A stretch of DNA of 64,000 bases from the human T2T-CHM13v2.0 reference genome, Homo sapiens. Location: NCBI RefSeq assembly GCF_009914755.1, contig NC_060935.1; one strand, written 5' to 3'. Below the pieces are notes generated by a model, which saw only the letters and a list, made by a program, of their open reading frames with translations, was not told the DNA's origin and did not search any database. Position numbers and translations under genes: made by a program. Each line of letters starts with the position of its first letter. Position 1 is the first letter of the stretch. Positions 16,979 to 31,404 of the stretch are shown here, in pieces.

Positions 16979-17118
16979 TGAAGGGATGGGTTGCCCCTCC
17001 ACACCTGTGGGCGTTTCTCGTTAGGTAGAATGAGAGACTTGGAAAAGAAAGAGACAGACAAAGTATAGAGAAAGAAAAATAGGCCCAGGGGACTGGCATT
17101 CAGCATACAGAGGACCCA
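16979..17118 (-). mobile_element. HERV-K(HML-2) LTR5A/B-like remnant, U5 end only
   Basis: 'tgaagggatgggttgcccctccacacctgtgggcgtttctcg...gagagacttggaaaagaaa...caaagtatagagaaag' is the reverse complement of the LTR5 3' terminus. Confidence 0.85.
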
Positions 17119-19321
17119 TGTTCCTGAGACTTTCTAGTGTCTTTTGCATTTCTCTAAGTGTGTCCTTCACTTCCAGAAGCCATGGTTGTTTATATTTGTG
17201 CTGTCTTTTTCTCTGGAGATTTCTTTTTCCATATCCTTAGACTTTTGTTTGTTTGTTTGTTTTAAATTTCTTTAAGTTGGTATTCACCTCTCTGGTACTT
17301 CCTTGAGTAGCTTAACAATTGACCTTCTGAATTCTTTTTCTGGCAATTCAGAGATTTTTGTCTTGGTTGAGATCCATTGCTGCTGAACTAGTGTGGTCTT
17401 TTGAGGGTGTTACAGAACCTTGTTTTGTCATATCACTGGAATTGTTTTCCTGTTTGTTTTTGTTTGTTTTTGTTTTTTCTTTCATTTGGTTATACTATAT
17501 CAGAGGGAAGATCTGGGGTTCAGGGGTTACTGTTCAGATGATTTTATCCCATGGGGTTCTCCATTAATGTGGTGTTCACCTCTTCCCATAGGGATGTGAC
17601 TTCCTGAGAGCTGAACTGCAGTGATTGTTATTTCTCTTCTGGTCTAGCCACCCACCAGAGCTACTGGGCTCCTGTCTGCTGCTGGGAAGTGTCTGTAAAG
17701 AGTCCTGTGATGTGATCCATCTTCAGGTCTCTCAGCCATGGATAGCAGCACCTTCTCCAATGGAGGTAGCAGTGAAGAGAAGTGGATTCTGTGAGGGTTC
17801 TTGGTTATAGTTTTGTTTATTACACTGGTTTTGTGTTGGTTGGCAGCCAGCCAGGAAATGGCACATTCAAGAGATCATCAGCTGCAGTAGTACATGGAGG
17901 ATACAAGCTTGCTGTAGGGTCTCCTGGAGAATATTCGGGTGTCTCAGGCAGTGGGTGGGGCCATAGTGCTCCCACGAGATTATGTACTTTGTCTTTGGCT
18001 ACCACAGGGGGTAGAGAAAGACCTTCAGGTCGGGGGCAGGTTTAGGCCTGTTTGAGCTGTGGCTCTTCTTGGGTGATTCTTGCGGCAGCTGCTATGAGGG
18101 ATAGGGGTGTGGTTCTCAGGCCAATTGAATTATGTTCCCAGAAGAATTATAGCTGCCTATGCTGTCATGCAGGCTGCCAGGGAAGTGGGGAAAAGTTGGC
18201 AGTGAAACCAGCCTCACCCAGCTCGCACACAGCTCAAAAGGCTGCTCTCACTCTCACCATGCCCCCTCAACATCATCAAATTTATATCCAGGCAGCAGGT
18301 AAGCAGGACTGAGAACTTGCCCCAGGCTACTGGCCTCCCCACTGAAAAGGCAATTGGGTTTTCAGGTTTCACGCCTCCCTGCCTGCCGCAGCTTCTGTGT
18401 AGTGGCTGCACCTTCTGTTTGCCTCTCTCTCGGGTTCTGTCCAGGAAACTCTGCATTCAGTCAGAATTGTTACAAAGTACAGCTGGACGTTTCCTTCTCC
18501 CTGTGGTCTTTTCCCAATTCCTCTGGCAGCCTTCCCCAAGGACCCCTGTGAGACCATGTCAGAAATGGCTTCCCTGGGGACTGAATGTGCCCACAGGGCT
18601 CTTCCTGCTGCTTCCCCTACCCCTATATTTCACTCAGCTCACTAAATTTGTCTCAGCTCCAGATAAGGTCAAATCATTCTCCCATGATCTGGACGTTCAG
18701 CTTCCCCAGTGAGGATGTGTGTTCAGGGGTGCACAATCCTCCTTTCACACTTTCACACTTTCGGTGCTCAGAGTTTTTTGACTGTCTCTTGGAGCCTGCA
18801 GGAGTGATCTGCTTCCTTCAAAGTATCTGGGGATTCTCTTTGCTTTCCTGTTAGTTCCTGTGGTAGTTTGTGGAGGAAATTTTCATGATGTGAGTCTCCA
18901 TATGTAGCTCTGTTCGTCTGAGTGGGAGCTGCAAGTTAGTCCTGCCTCCTATCCACCATTTTCGCTGGAATCTCAAAGTATTGAAATTTTAAAGAGAATT
19001 TGGGTAAAGAAACTAAGCTCAGAGTTTTAAAGTAACTTATTTATGACTACAAAACTTCAATATAAGTCTCCTGACCAGGTTTATTCATTTGTTCAAAAGT
19101 ATTTATTGTGCATGTATTATCTATCAGGCACTGAGAAAATTGTTTTTTCTATTTGACCATGATGCCTTCATGCTTTAGTAAGGGCTTCAGAGTCAATGGA
19201 TGCATTTCAGGAAGATATTAATTCTGCAGAATTTGTTCATAATGATTATAGATTTACATAAGGCCTTTTTTTGAGAAGAGTTTGTCAAATGTTTCAGATA
19301 CTATTTAAATGGCTTGCATAC

Positions 19322-19886
19322 TGTCATGCGCATCTGTGTGAAGGGACCACCAAACAGGCTTTGTGTGAGCAATAAATCTTTTTAATTACCTGGGTGCAGG
19401 AGGGTTGAGTCCGAAAAGAGAGTCATCAAAGGGTGGTGGGATTATCATTAGTTCTTATAGGTTTGGGATGGGCGGTGGAGTTAGGAGCAATTTTCTGTGG
19501 GCAGGGGGTGGATCTTACAAAATACATTTTCAAGGGTGGGGAGAATATTACAAAGTACCTTCTTAAGGGCAAGGGTTGGGGGGAGGATATTACAATGTAC
19601 CTTCTCAAGGATGGGGAGGGTGTATCGTACAAAGTACATTCTCAAGGGTAGGGGAATATCACAAAGTACATTATCGCAAGGGCAGGGAAGGTGTATTGTC
19701 ACAAAGTCAGCTGATCAGTTAGGGTGGGGCAGGAACAAATCACAATGGTGGAATGTCATCAGTTAAAGCAGGAACTGGCTATTTTCACTTCTTTTCTGGA
19801 TCTTCATTTGCTTCAGGCCATCTGGATATATACACATGCAGGTCACAAGGGATATGATGGCTTAGCTTGGGCTCGGAGGCCTGACA
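19322..19886 (-). mobile_element. Solo HERV-H LTR7 (LTR7B/Y-like, type II U3 repeats), 565 bp
   Basis: The minus strand starts TGTCAGGCCTCCGAGCCCAAGCTAAGCCATCAT and ends ...GCATGACA; perfect 5-bp TSD CATAC at 19317-19321 and 19887-19891. Confidence 0.95.
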
Positions 19887-22658
19887 CATACATCCAAAGT
19901 TTAACAATTTAGAAACCATTGCTTTACAGATTTCCCCTTACCTTCTGTCATTCTAAACACATTTAGGTATTGATAAAAGGAGGTTTCTCTGGCTATCTTT
20001 GGGCATAAAACACACTTGTTCCAAGTTTCTATTATTTCCCGTTCTTACTCTGTTCATTTATTTGAAAACTGAATGTGTTCCATAACTGCCAGGCTTATGG
20101 TTTATTACTAATTTTAAGAAAATATTATTATAACTTTAATAACATACTTAAATTTTACCTTTCTTATTTTAAATTTTTCCATTCTCACCAAATTTTACCA
20201 TTAAATCAGGATTTGAAAAAAAAATGTTGTGACATATTACATAAGAAAACAAAACATTTAAAATGTTATATGTCAGGACTTGTAAATACATTTAAAATTA
20301 TGAATATATTTGTGTTTCCCCAATCTGACACGCTGTGCCTATTTCAGACCTTGCTAATAGGTTATATGATGCTCTTCTCCATTGTTTGTATCTAGCCTCA
20401 AACTCTTTCTCATTCTCATATTTGAAGTAGCTCCTAAAAGTCTGTCAGAGTTGGTACTCAAGATACAACCTATTTGCCTTCTGAATGAGCTTTTAAATAT
20501 TTAGCCTGTGGCCAGTGTTCAGCCTCCAGAGAGCTACTCTACCAGGATTTGTTTACTATTGTCTTACTATGGCAGTGAATACTATTTGTTATTTTTGAAA
20601 AAAAGCTTTGTAGAGCAGTATATGTAAGCTAAATAATGTACAAGAATAAGGCACAAGTCAGGATGCTTGTGCAGAAAATCAAAACAAAGATTAATTCTAG
20701 AACATGTCTCCTTGCTTCTGAGAGGGTGTGTTGAGCAATGAATTGCTGACCTTCTTTACATATTCTTTTCTTGTGCATCACGTTGTATATGTTGTGTATG
20801 TATGTCCTGGCTTAGCAAGCTGCCCTCACAGTGAGAGGGGCCCTTAACTTTATGCTAAGTAGAGTTGATCTGCATATTTCCTTGCTTAAAGTAAATATTG
20901 AACAGTGATGCAATCATGAGTCCTTTGGGGAAAATCATTCCCTTTGTGAAGTTGCCTGGGCTACTGGTATTTCAGTGAACTGGTTTCTTTAAATACTAAA
21001 TGCTTTGTTATTAAGTACCTGTTTAAAAATTACTTTTTCAGTTTGAGACATTTGTTTCTTCTGAGCACAAAGAAAGTACAACACATAATTCTGATCAGAT
21101 GACATTTTAGGTTCTAAAATTATGGATTAAAAATTATGGATTTTTGTAAAATTGCATTTGAGTGCCCTGGAATTACTTCTCAGGGATTTACTGCATCTTC
21201 AAGTAGCTCTCATCTCTATTAAAATATAAAACAGTTATGGTAGTATTGTTCTTCTAAAACAATTTCATTATGAAAGTAAAATAAAAAAGAAAGATTAGTG
21301 AAAAAATAGTAATTCACTAATGTACTTACAAGTCCTGATGTATATAATATTAAATGTTTTGTTATGTAACATGTCATAACATTTTTTTAAATCATGAATT
21401 AATGGTAAAATTTGGAAAGAATGGTAAAATGGTTACCAAGTTATAAAATTTTATAATTTTTAAAAGAGCCTTTTTATATCTTTTATCCTAATGGTGATGC
21501 CAATATAATTTCAGAAGACAAGAGCAAATTATTATTCTCCTTTGAATACTTCTTCTTTGGGCAACATGTTTAGATGTTCCCTTTTTGTCGTGAATGGAGA
21601 CATTTCAAAAGCATATTTGTGAATTTATTTGATTTATTTCACTTTATTTCATTACTGTTAGTGAGTTGCTAGTGTTTTTGTTAACCTAATAAAAGAGAAG
21701 AAGACATTTACCTTTTACGATATTGAATAGAAAGTTGCTACAATAGACACAGTTCAGAACAATTTTTTAAAAGTTCACAAATTTTATAGTTTATGAAAAA
21801 AATTGTAGAGCTCATGGAAGCAAGGGCTGAACCCCTAAGTGGTATAAACTGGGAGTCTTTTACTAGTGACAACACTACCAATTAAATCATTATACTTGTA
21901 CATATTTTTTAAAGAAAAGATTTATGGTACCTTAGCCCCTACCGTTGTCATTTGGACATAACAAATCCCATTTGAGGAATAAGTCAGATTAATTTATTAT
22001 ATAAAGTTTCAAGGACTTAGAACCTTCACAATGGAAGGCCGGCAAATAGCTGCAATTTCAGTCTCTTACTCAATAGAGGCTTATCTCCTCAAAAACATTG
22101 CCTCTGATTGTAAATATCCAGTGTTTAAGGTTCACAAAAGAGTAAGGCAATTTTTTTTTTTCCTTATACAATAATGACTGTTGGAGAAGCCCCTCTCATT
22201 CCTGATCGTAGCTGTTTTATATACCTACCTGCTTGCCACAGAGACGCCAGCCCTCTCTCTGTCTATAAAGTAATGTGTGTTTTTCCCCATGGTCCTCTTG
22301 TATTCACTTTTTCTATAGTCTTTGTTTCTATCTGTGTGGTGCAGGATTTGAGTGGGCAATGAAATCATTTCAGTACTCTGAACTCGTGCAGTTTAGTCAG
22401 AGGCCAAAATTCACAATAACCAACACATATTTTTAATTTTTCATTCCAATTTCATAATCTCAACTCTTGTCAAGCTCATAACTAGCGTATCTTCCCACCC
22501 TGCTTCAGTCATTGCTACTACTCCTCCACAAATAGATGTGTAAAACTTCATTAAGGTTGCAAATACCTATATGGTATATATATTATATCATATGTGAAAA
22601 CTGCTTTTGTATTTTTGGTAAATCCTTTTGTTCAATCAGTGCCTCCTGCAATGAGAAA

Positions 22659-22682
22659 CACACACACACACACACACACACA
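22659..22682. repeat. (CA)12 microsatellite
   Basis: Directly visible. Confidence 0.9.
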
Positions 22683-22864
22683 TGAGTAAAAGTAAGAAGC
22701 ACTTATCTTGGGGTCTAGGACTGCATTACATGCTTCAAGGGACAAAGAAAAGCAATTCTAAGAAAAACTAATTTACAACTTTGATTAACTGACATATAAA
22801 AGTTATTATTTATATTAAATAGAAGCATTGTCTACTGAATATTTTGTTCATTCCTTCTTGCTTA

Positions 22865-23100
22865 GTAGATGTAGCTTGATGTGGTAAAAATAAAATATAG
22901 TCAAAAAGAGGGGATCTAATTTCTTTATTAAGTCTTTCACTTACCTGGAAACTAAGCTTAAGTAAAGTCACTTTACTTGTTGGATATCAGCTCCTGTCAG
23001 TAAAATATGAATGAGATGAAAAAAACACACACTTCCAAGTTATGTAGCAGGATCAAATGAGATTGTATATGCAAATACATTGTACAAAATATTTTAGACA
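22865..23100 (+). mobile_element. MIR fragment
   Basis: Degenerate MIR core and tail ('gtaaaat...aggatcaaatgagattgtatatgcaaa'). Confidence 0.55.
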
Positions 23101-23229
23101 TGCTGAATTATCAATGAATTGTTTTATTTTTTCCTCGGGGAAATTTATTTCACAAGAAATTACCAGCTTACTTTTTTAGAGTCTAAACAATTATTGGTCT
23201 TAGTCTCATTCAAGAAATACGTCATATGT

Positions 23230-23569
<340 letters not shown>

Positions 23570-24499
23570 TCATACTTTCCATCGTCTGGCATATGTAAAA
23601 CTAGATTGCCCACCTTTTCTCCTTCAAGATGTCTAGCCACCTTTGAAGCCAGGGGAGAATCAGTTTATCTCTTTTTATTTTAGACAAATGTATTTGTTTA
23701 ATTTATTTATTAATAAGAAGAAAAAAACCCAAATAACATTCTTGAGAAAACACAGGTTCTAAGTTTTAGTATTTTTGTGGAAATCAAGTACTAAAGGCAT
23801 AGTATTATTTTCAGAAATGAATTATTGGGATACATTTTTTTTCTAATAAAGTTTTTAAATCTATTTTTTAATTAAAGAAAAGAAATAAATGCAAACACCA
23901 ACAGCTAAATATGATTTTTTTAGCACAATTGCAGTTGACCATTTGTCTGGAAACAGAGATCTGAAAGAGTACATTGTCCTTTTCAACTGCCTTTAACATA
24001 TATATCATTTGTGGGAATAATAGTCAGAAATTCTTTAATCTTAGATGCATCAGACTCCTTTGCTATAATAATTTGGTTTTATACTTTGTTCTATCTTGGG
24101 CAAATTTGATATGCTGATATACTGAAAATTTATTCATTAAAATATGTAAAATCTACTAAAATAATATTGAAAATAGCTCTGTGGATTTTTTTTTTTCTAA
24201 TTGAGCAGAAACTATGTTAACTCAATGTTGCACCACTTCCTCCTTCTTCATGTATTAAATTTGTTTTTAATTTAGATGGATTGAGGAAAATGATACCATA
24301 TTAATATTTTCACTTATTTGAACCCTTTTATTTGCTTGTGGCTTGGATTTTAATGGTAGTCTGCAGGAGTACGGTAGCAATCAAACACAGTCTTAGGGGT
24401 TGCCCATTCAATTCTGGCTATTTTGATAACAATACTTAGCTTTAGCTACATGGAATGAAGATGCTTTGTTGGTGTTTGACAATTTGAACACGTGTAGGA

Positions 24500-24632
24500 A
24501 AGCACCTGTATATCTTGTTGAAAGAAAATGCTGATTTAGTAGGTCTCGGAGAGGGCTTGAGATTCTACACTTCAAACAAGCCCCAGCAAGGTGCTGAGTC
24601 TAATGGTCTAGCCACACTTTAAATTGGAAGGC
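24500..24632. mobile_element. MER5-family hAT fossil fragment
   Basis: 'ctgatttagtaggtct...gggcttgagattctacacttcaaacaagcccc...ccacacttt'. Confidence 0.6.
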
Positions 24633-26032
24633 CTAGCAATCTGATTAATCAGATTTGAAAGGATTTTTCTCTCTCTCTCTCTCTTTTTTTTTAATTTTAA
24701 AATTCTGTAGACACTGGTGTGGTAGGAAGAACCAGCATTTGGAAATCAAATTATCTCGGTTCTCTTTTAGTCATTTCACTAGCTTCCTAGTATTTCCAAT
24801 AGAAATATAGAAGTGTACGGACTTCTAAAAAAGTGCACTCGTACTTGTTTAACTTTTTTTGTTCACTCAACACAGTTGACATTTTCTGGTAGGTGCAGGA
24901 AAAACAAACTTGAATGACAAATTTTCAGATCCTCAGTCTAGTAAGGGAGAGGGTCTAGTTTGCAATCAATTTTAATACAACATGGTAAGAGTTTTACAAG
25001 TATTTCTACCACTCTCGGGGGAAGGGATCACTGAGGGGACAATCAAAGTTCAGTAAACCTATTAGTACCTTCCTACTAGCTTTATGGAAGACTGACTTGT
25101 ATTAGACCTTGAAGGCATTGCACCAATGTTTGGTAGGTATTTACTAAATATTCATAGGAAGGAAGGAAGAAAAAAAGGGAGAAAAAAATCCAGTGATTAA
25201 GTGAGGAATGCAGTATTTATTAAGAAAATCGTCTAACAAAATGGACTGCCATTTGGACACGAATCACTATTTAATAAATTGTCATAGAAACTTGCTGAAA
25301 TATGTGGTATATATGGAGACAGGCAAGATAAGAGATTGGGGAGATAGGCTGATGTCAAATCATGAGAGTCAATGATGGTGATATTAACAAGGTTTGGAAA
25401 AAAATGTCTGTAATTTTATATATATAGTGCTTCTTTGTGTTGGTAGGAAAAAATGTTCAAGCTCCTGTTAGCTTGTAAATATGGACATCACCTTTCTTCT
25501 CAGATTTTCCCTTCTCTTCCTGTGGTTCCTGGGCATGACTTATCCTTGCAGCCAATGAGGGCTGGCCAGTGACAACTTGGCATCATGGAGGTGCTTCTGA
25601 CTGATCAGCAGGTCCACTGGTTCTGGCTCTATTTTTTTTTTTCTTTTACTGGTTACCACCTTAAGTGTCTTTTGACTGTATGGTGAATATAGAAAAAAAG
25701 GAGAAAGGATTGGAGGATAATTATATAGAAATATTTTACCCAGAAAACAGAGCCCCCACAAAAAACACACACATTGAAATCTACTACTTTCATATTTCTC
25801 TTAAATAAGCAATTTAATGAGAATGGAAACTATATTGCTGCTTAATGGAGTGTAAAACTTTTCTAATTTAAAGTTAACTACTTGGCTGTGAAAGGAAAAG
25901 TAGACTCACATATTCAGGGTAGTAAGGAAAAAAAATAGGAGCACTTTGATGGGTCTTCAATATTTTAGACACTCATTAAGCCTGTATTTTATCCACAAGT
26001 GGGCTCATTCTCTTTATCCTCAACCCATATAA

Positions 26033-26292
26033 AAGGCAGGAAGGTGTAGCATTTAAAAGGAGAGATTCTGGATCCAAGCCTGCTGTGTTTAATACTTTGT
26101 CAATAACAGTATTAATTTGAGCAAGGTAAGTAAACCTTATGTTTCTCTTTTTTTCTCATCTGTAAGATGAAATTAATGATAGCTTCTATGTTATACAGTC
26201 ATTTTGCAAATTAATGAGTTAATACAAATAAATTATCAACTTATAATAGCTTCTGGCACATATTAAGTGCACAATAATATTAGCTATTATTG
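26033..26292 (+). mobile_element. MIR
   Basis: Core 'ttgagcaag...aacct...ctcatctgtaagatgaaattaatgatag' and tail 'ctggcacatattaagtgcacaataatattagctattat'. Confidence 0.75.
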
Positions 26293-27359
26293 TTCAAACA
26301 AAAGAGACAATTTTACTTTCTTTTGATCTTAATATTGCTAACCAATTCTTTTGGGTTCTAATAGAACCTTGAATTCAATCTAAGCTTTTCCTATTCTTGA
26401 GTGAGTTGCATAACCTCTGAGCTATTTTCCCAACTGCAAAATAGAAATCATCACTACTCTACAGAAGTGGTATGTGTAGAGATAAGGTATGTGAATCTAC
26501 AAACTAATAGGCCCTCAGCAAATGTAGTTGCCTTCAACTTCTCTTTCACTTTTGTTTTGTTTTGTTTTGCATGTTTAGTATATGCAGACAGAAATAGAAA
26601 AATAAAGTATTTTTCCCTCTTTTTCATTTTGCTCTTAGGCAAGCTGGAAATAGGATTGAGATTTACTGTTGCGTTTAGATAGAAGAGGCATAAATAGAAT
26701 TCTCAGGGTAACCCACTGGGCATAGCCATCATGAGTCCCCTCATTATCTGGAAAGTGTGGATGAAGGTGCTATGGCATCTAAAGGTTTTGGCTATCAATG
26801 CTTTATGCTTCGTAACTGTAACAAACTTTAACTCATATCATAGTTAGGTTTTACTTATTTTTAATACTAAGTATGTTTTTCCAAAATATTAGTAGAGTTT
26901 TGTTGAAAGTTTTATAAAATATATCATGTCATCATTATTTATTTATGTTTCACCTCTTTAATGTGTCCATTTAGAGAAAAATATATAAATCACAAACTTT
27001 AAATACGCAAATATAAAAAAGCAAAATTAGTCTGCAAGTTAGAGTTTATCAGCTGTGTCAAGCAGAAATTAATTCATTCAACAGATGAATTCAACAGATG
27101 AAGCAACTTCAGCGTGTCCAACACTGTTGGATGCAGTTCATATGTCAGGAAACAATTCAAATATAACAACACTTTCTGCAGGGCATTTATAGTCTAATGT
27201 AGATAGTTAGAAACTTTGAGTAGTTTGGGTGGTATCCCACTCTCCAAAGCACCATCATTTGTACTCTTATGTTTTCATAGTCTAACACCTCACATGCTCT
27301 GAATCCCCATCAGAAAGAAAAAATTCAATGTATTTAAATTTAATGTATTTAAAAATTTA

Positions 27360-28530
27360 ATGTATTTATTGTCAGCTATAAGTATAATTTGTGTTCAATA
27401 AAATCCATCATTTCAGTTGGACAATTTATTGAGTTTTGATTAATATATATAAATAGTGTGTTACTGTCACCACAATCAAGATATATAACTGTGCCATCAT
27501 TTAAAAAAAAAACTGACCATGGAACAATTTGCAGTCAATTCCCTCTCCATGCCCTGCTTTCTTTTACTATTGTTTTGCCTCTTCTAGAACATCACGAAAT
27601 AAAAACACTTAGCATAATATGCTTGAGTTCATATATGTTGTTTGATATGTCAGTCATTTTTCCCTTTTTAATGCTAATTTCATTTCATAAATAGATACAG
27701 CACAGTTTGTTTCCCTGTTAGCTAACTGATTGGCATTTTCTTGCTTTAGGTTTGGGACTATTATAAATACTGCTGCTATGAGGTCTCACACAGAGATCTT
27801 TGTATAAACACAAAATTTTATTTTGTTCTGGGGAAAAATTAGGAGTAGAATAGTCAGGGCATATGTTATTTTTTAAATTGTATAAAAAATTGCCAATTAT
27901 CCTCTAATTGAATGTACCATTGCATTTCCACCACCAGTGTATGAAAAATCCACATGTCCTGCTTTCCTGGCAATACTTGGTTTGGTCAGTCCTGAGTTTC
28001 AGTCTTTCTAGTGCATGAGTAGTGACGAGCGTATGGTTATAACCTACATTTCCCTGAGAATGATGTTGTTGAATACTTTTCATGTGCCTAGTTTTCATTT
28101 GTATATCCTCTTTGTTGAAGTGGCTGTTCACGTGTTTTTCTCCTTAATGAGAAAAAGTGTTTTATTTTTATATTGGATTTTTTGTTTTCTAATAACTAAG
28201 TTATAATCATCCTTCATGTATTCTAAATAATAGTTCTTTATCAGATATATATTTCACAAACTTTTTTTGCCAATGTGTGGCTTGGCTTTTCATTTTCTTA
28301 AACGTAGCTTTCAAAGGGAAAAAAACCTTTTATTTTTGATGAAGTCAAAATGATACCTGTTTGTTTGATTTTAGAACTTTCTGTGTCTATTTAAAGGTCT
28401 TCTTCTAACACAAGGTCATAAAGTTTGTCCTTGTGTTTTCTTTTGGATGTTTCATATATGTAGGCTATTGTGTTTACATCTATGATTTACCTGAATTTAC
28501 GTTTTATATAAAATGTGAGTTGATGGTTTC
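27360..28530 (-). mobile_element. Ancient L1M 3' portion
   Basis: Degenerate ORF2 C-terminal peptide (MNSHFNKEDIQM..., cf. [11 protein letters not shown]) and an L1M-type 3'UTR. Confidence 0.75.
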
Positions 28531-29204
28531 AGATTTTTCTTATTATTTAATGAGATCAGTTACATCATAATTTATTTTTAACATAGTAATAATTGAGCTG
28601 AGAAGACCAACTGATGGTATAGTAAAATACCCTGAACTGTGTACAACTTCTTATGCCACTTATTTCATGGATTTCTGCATGAGAAGTCCATATAAAGCTC
28701 CTTTGATTGGATTCGTATGGTAATTCTTTGTTCTTGCAGTTCAGGACATTATTTAAGCACTCTGAATATGACATGTAAAAAAATCAGAAATTAATTCTGG
28801 GTTTGCCGCTGAATAGAGTAATTTTTGAGCAAATTTTTCAACTTCAGGGTTTCAGCTTCTTCATCTGTTAGACTGGGGTAATTCATAGTTTTGTGCAAAC
28901 GTAGCAGAGAAACAAATGCTTTATAAATGTACGCCCTTTTTACTGTCTGTTTTTTATTTTTTTTCCCTCTCTCTCCCTTTCATTTTCTTCATTAGCTCTT
29001 TGGTTCAATTAGGAAAACATTGTATTTGTCCAATTAATTCTCCTCTGTACTGCCATAGCACTCTGAGTGAAGTGTCCCATGCTGGGATCTACTGCGGTTA
29101 TTTGAGTGTCAGTCACCTTTTCCTGTAGGACTATAAGCTGCTATTCTGGGGAAAGTCCATCTAATAATAATTTATTCTAACTTATTTTGTCAATAAAATA
29201 TTCA

Positions 29205-29589
<385 letters not shown>

Positions 29590-29701
29590 TCAAGAAGTCC
29601 ATGTATAATAATGTCAAGTATTATTTTAAATGTACATAGCCAGGCAATGTGCAACTAACTCACACACACATGATCACCTTTAATACAATAACTATTTAAG
29701 G

Positions 29702-29878
29702 CAATGGTATCTGTATTTGTCTGCATTTTAGAATCATCTGAAGATCTTTAAAATTTTTTGAAGCCCAGGCAACACCCCAGACCATTAGATAAAAATGTCT
29801 GAGAAGGGGTCAAAGGCATAAATATTTTTTGAAGCTCCTCGGTTAACTTAATATGCAACAATTTTGGGAACCACCACT
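29702..29878. mobile_element. MER5-family hAT fossil
   Basis: 'ctgcattttagaatcatctg...gcccagg...caccccagacca...aagctcc...ttgggaaccac'. Confidence 0.7.
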
Positions 29879-31404
29879 TTAAGGTCAGTTGTAATATTAC
29901 CAACCTCAGTATTCAGATGAGGTAACCATGGCTCTGAGAGGTTAAGGCATTCTGACTCTAGGACCCTGTGCTCCCAAACAATACATTATAAAACTTTCAA
30001 TTAAATGAAAATTCTAAACATATGCATATAATTTTTGTATGCACAAATATATAGTTGGAACACATAAAACATACTTATAAAATATGCAGAGAGAAAGAGA
30101 GACTGGAAATATGTGTGAGAATTGATATCCAGTAGAGAGTAGAAAAAATGGAAAACCTAATACCACTTTTAGAGGTGTTTGGGGACATAGTGTTATTGTT
30201 GGGTTACTTAAGAAATATTTTGAAGAGAAGTTGAGATTTGAACTCAAGATTGGAAGGAGAAGTAGCAATGCAGTTGCAAGGATTGGGGAAGGTTCTTCGG
30301 GAGCAGATGGAGTAGCATGGTCAAACAACTCAAGGCATGAGAGAGAATAGGGAGTTTCAGTTTGATAAATAGTGAAAGGAGCTAGTGGTGACCTGGCAAA
30401 AGCTGAGACCTGTAGTCAGAGCTGAAAGACATGCCTAAGTCAAGTATTAGAATGCCTTCTGTTGCAGGATAAAGGCTTTAAACTGTGCTATTTTTTAAAA
30501 GCTGTGGTGAATTTAATTAAAGATTATTATGAATAGATTTATCTTCAATGCACATTATATGCTCATACGTACATTTATGCATAGTTTTGAGTTTGAAGAC
30601 ACTGAGGTAGAGTAGTGAGTGCCAATTCTCTTTAAATCTGTGCAGCGAAATTGTAAGTTCTTTGCAAGCTGGAAACCACATTTCATCATTACTTGCCAGA
30701 TGCCACTGGCAAGAAGCACATTTCCCTGAATAGACTTCTATTTGCCAGTTCCAGAGATTAGCAATATAATTGGATGTCAAAATGCATCCTTTCCGCATCT
30801 TTCTCTGCTCCTCCTGCTGTTTTCATAATGGCAAAACCTGAAAAAAATAAAGTAGGTGATCTTACTTATTCTGGAACTCAGAAGCCCACAATAAGATACA
30901 GAGAGATGTTTCCAACAGGAATGCCCATTTATTTATAACCACACAGAAAAGTGATTGTAACATTTTTCTTCTAAATATTTTCTACATTCTTACATTCATT
31001 GTGTTAACTCAGGCTCTCTTCACCTCTTCTGAATTATGACAGGGCTCCCTGAATTCAGTCTTCTCCTCCAAGCTGTATTCCACACTATCAAAAGAAGGGT
31101 TGTCTGTTTAAATTTCAAATTTGCCTGTTTTTTTTTTTTTTTCCAGTCCTACCTTTATCTTTCTTTATCATCTTATCATCTTTCCAGTGTTTATAGAAAT
31201 AGTTTCAACCTCCTTAGTATAGCTTATAAGGCTCTCTATGAACAACCTCTATCTATATCTTCAGTCTTATCAGCACTGAACATTGGATAATAGAGGTGTT
31301 ACATTTCTCATGGTTTTCCATTTCTTCTATCTGTTGTTTCCCAATATTTGTGTTTTTTCCTCCCATGTCTTTACAAGTGCTCTTCACATTGCTAGTTCTT
31401 ACGA

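Noticed and set aside
17358-18854. Cluster of GC-richer ORFs
   Set aside because: They fall in the decayed L1PB 5'UTR/ORF1 start and resemble no protein I recognise.
24638-24655. Perfect 18-bp palindrome AATCTGATTAATCAGATT
   Set aside because: About one such palindrome is expected by chance in 64 kb of AT-rich DNA.
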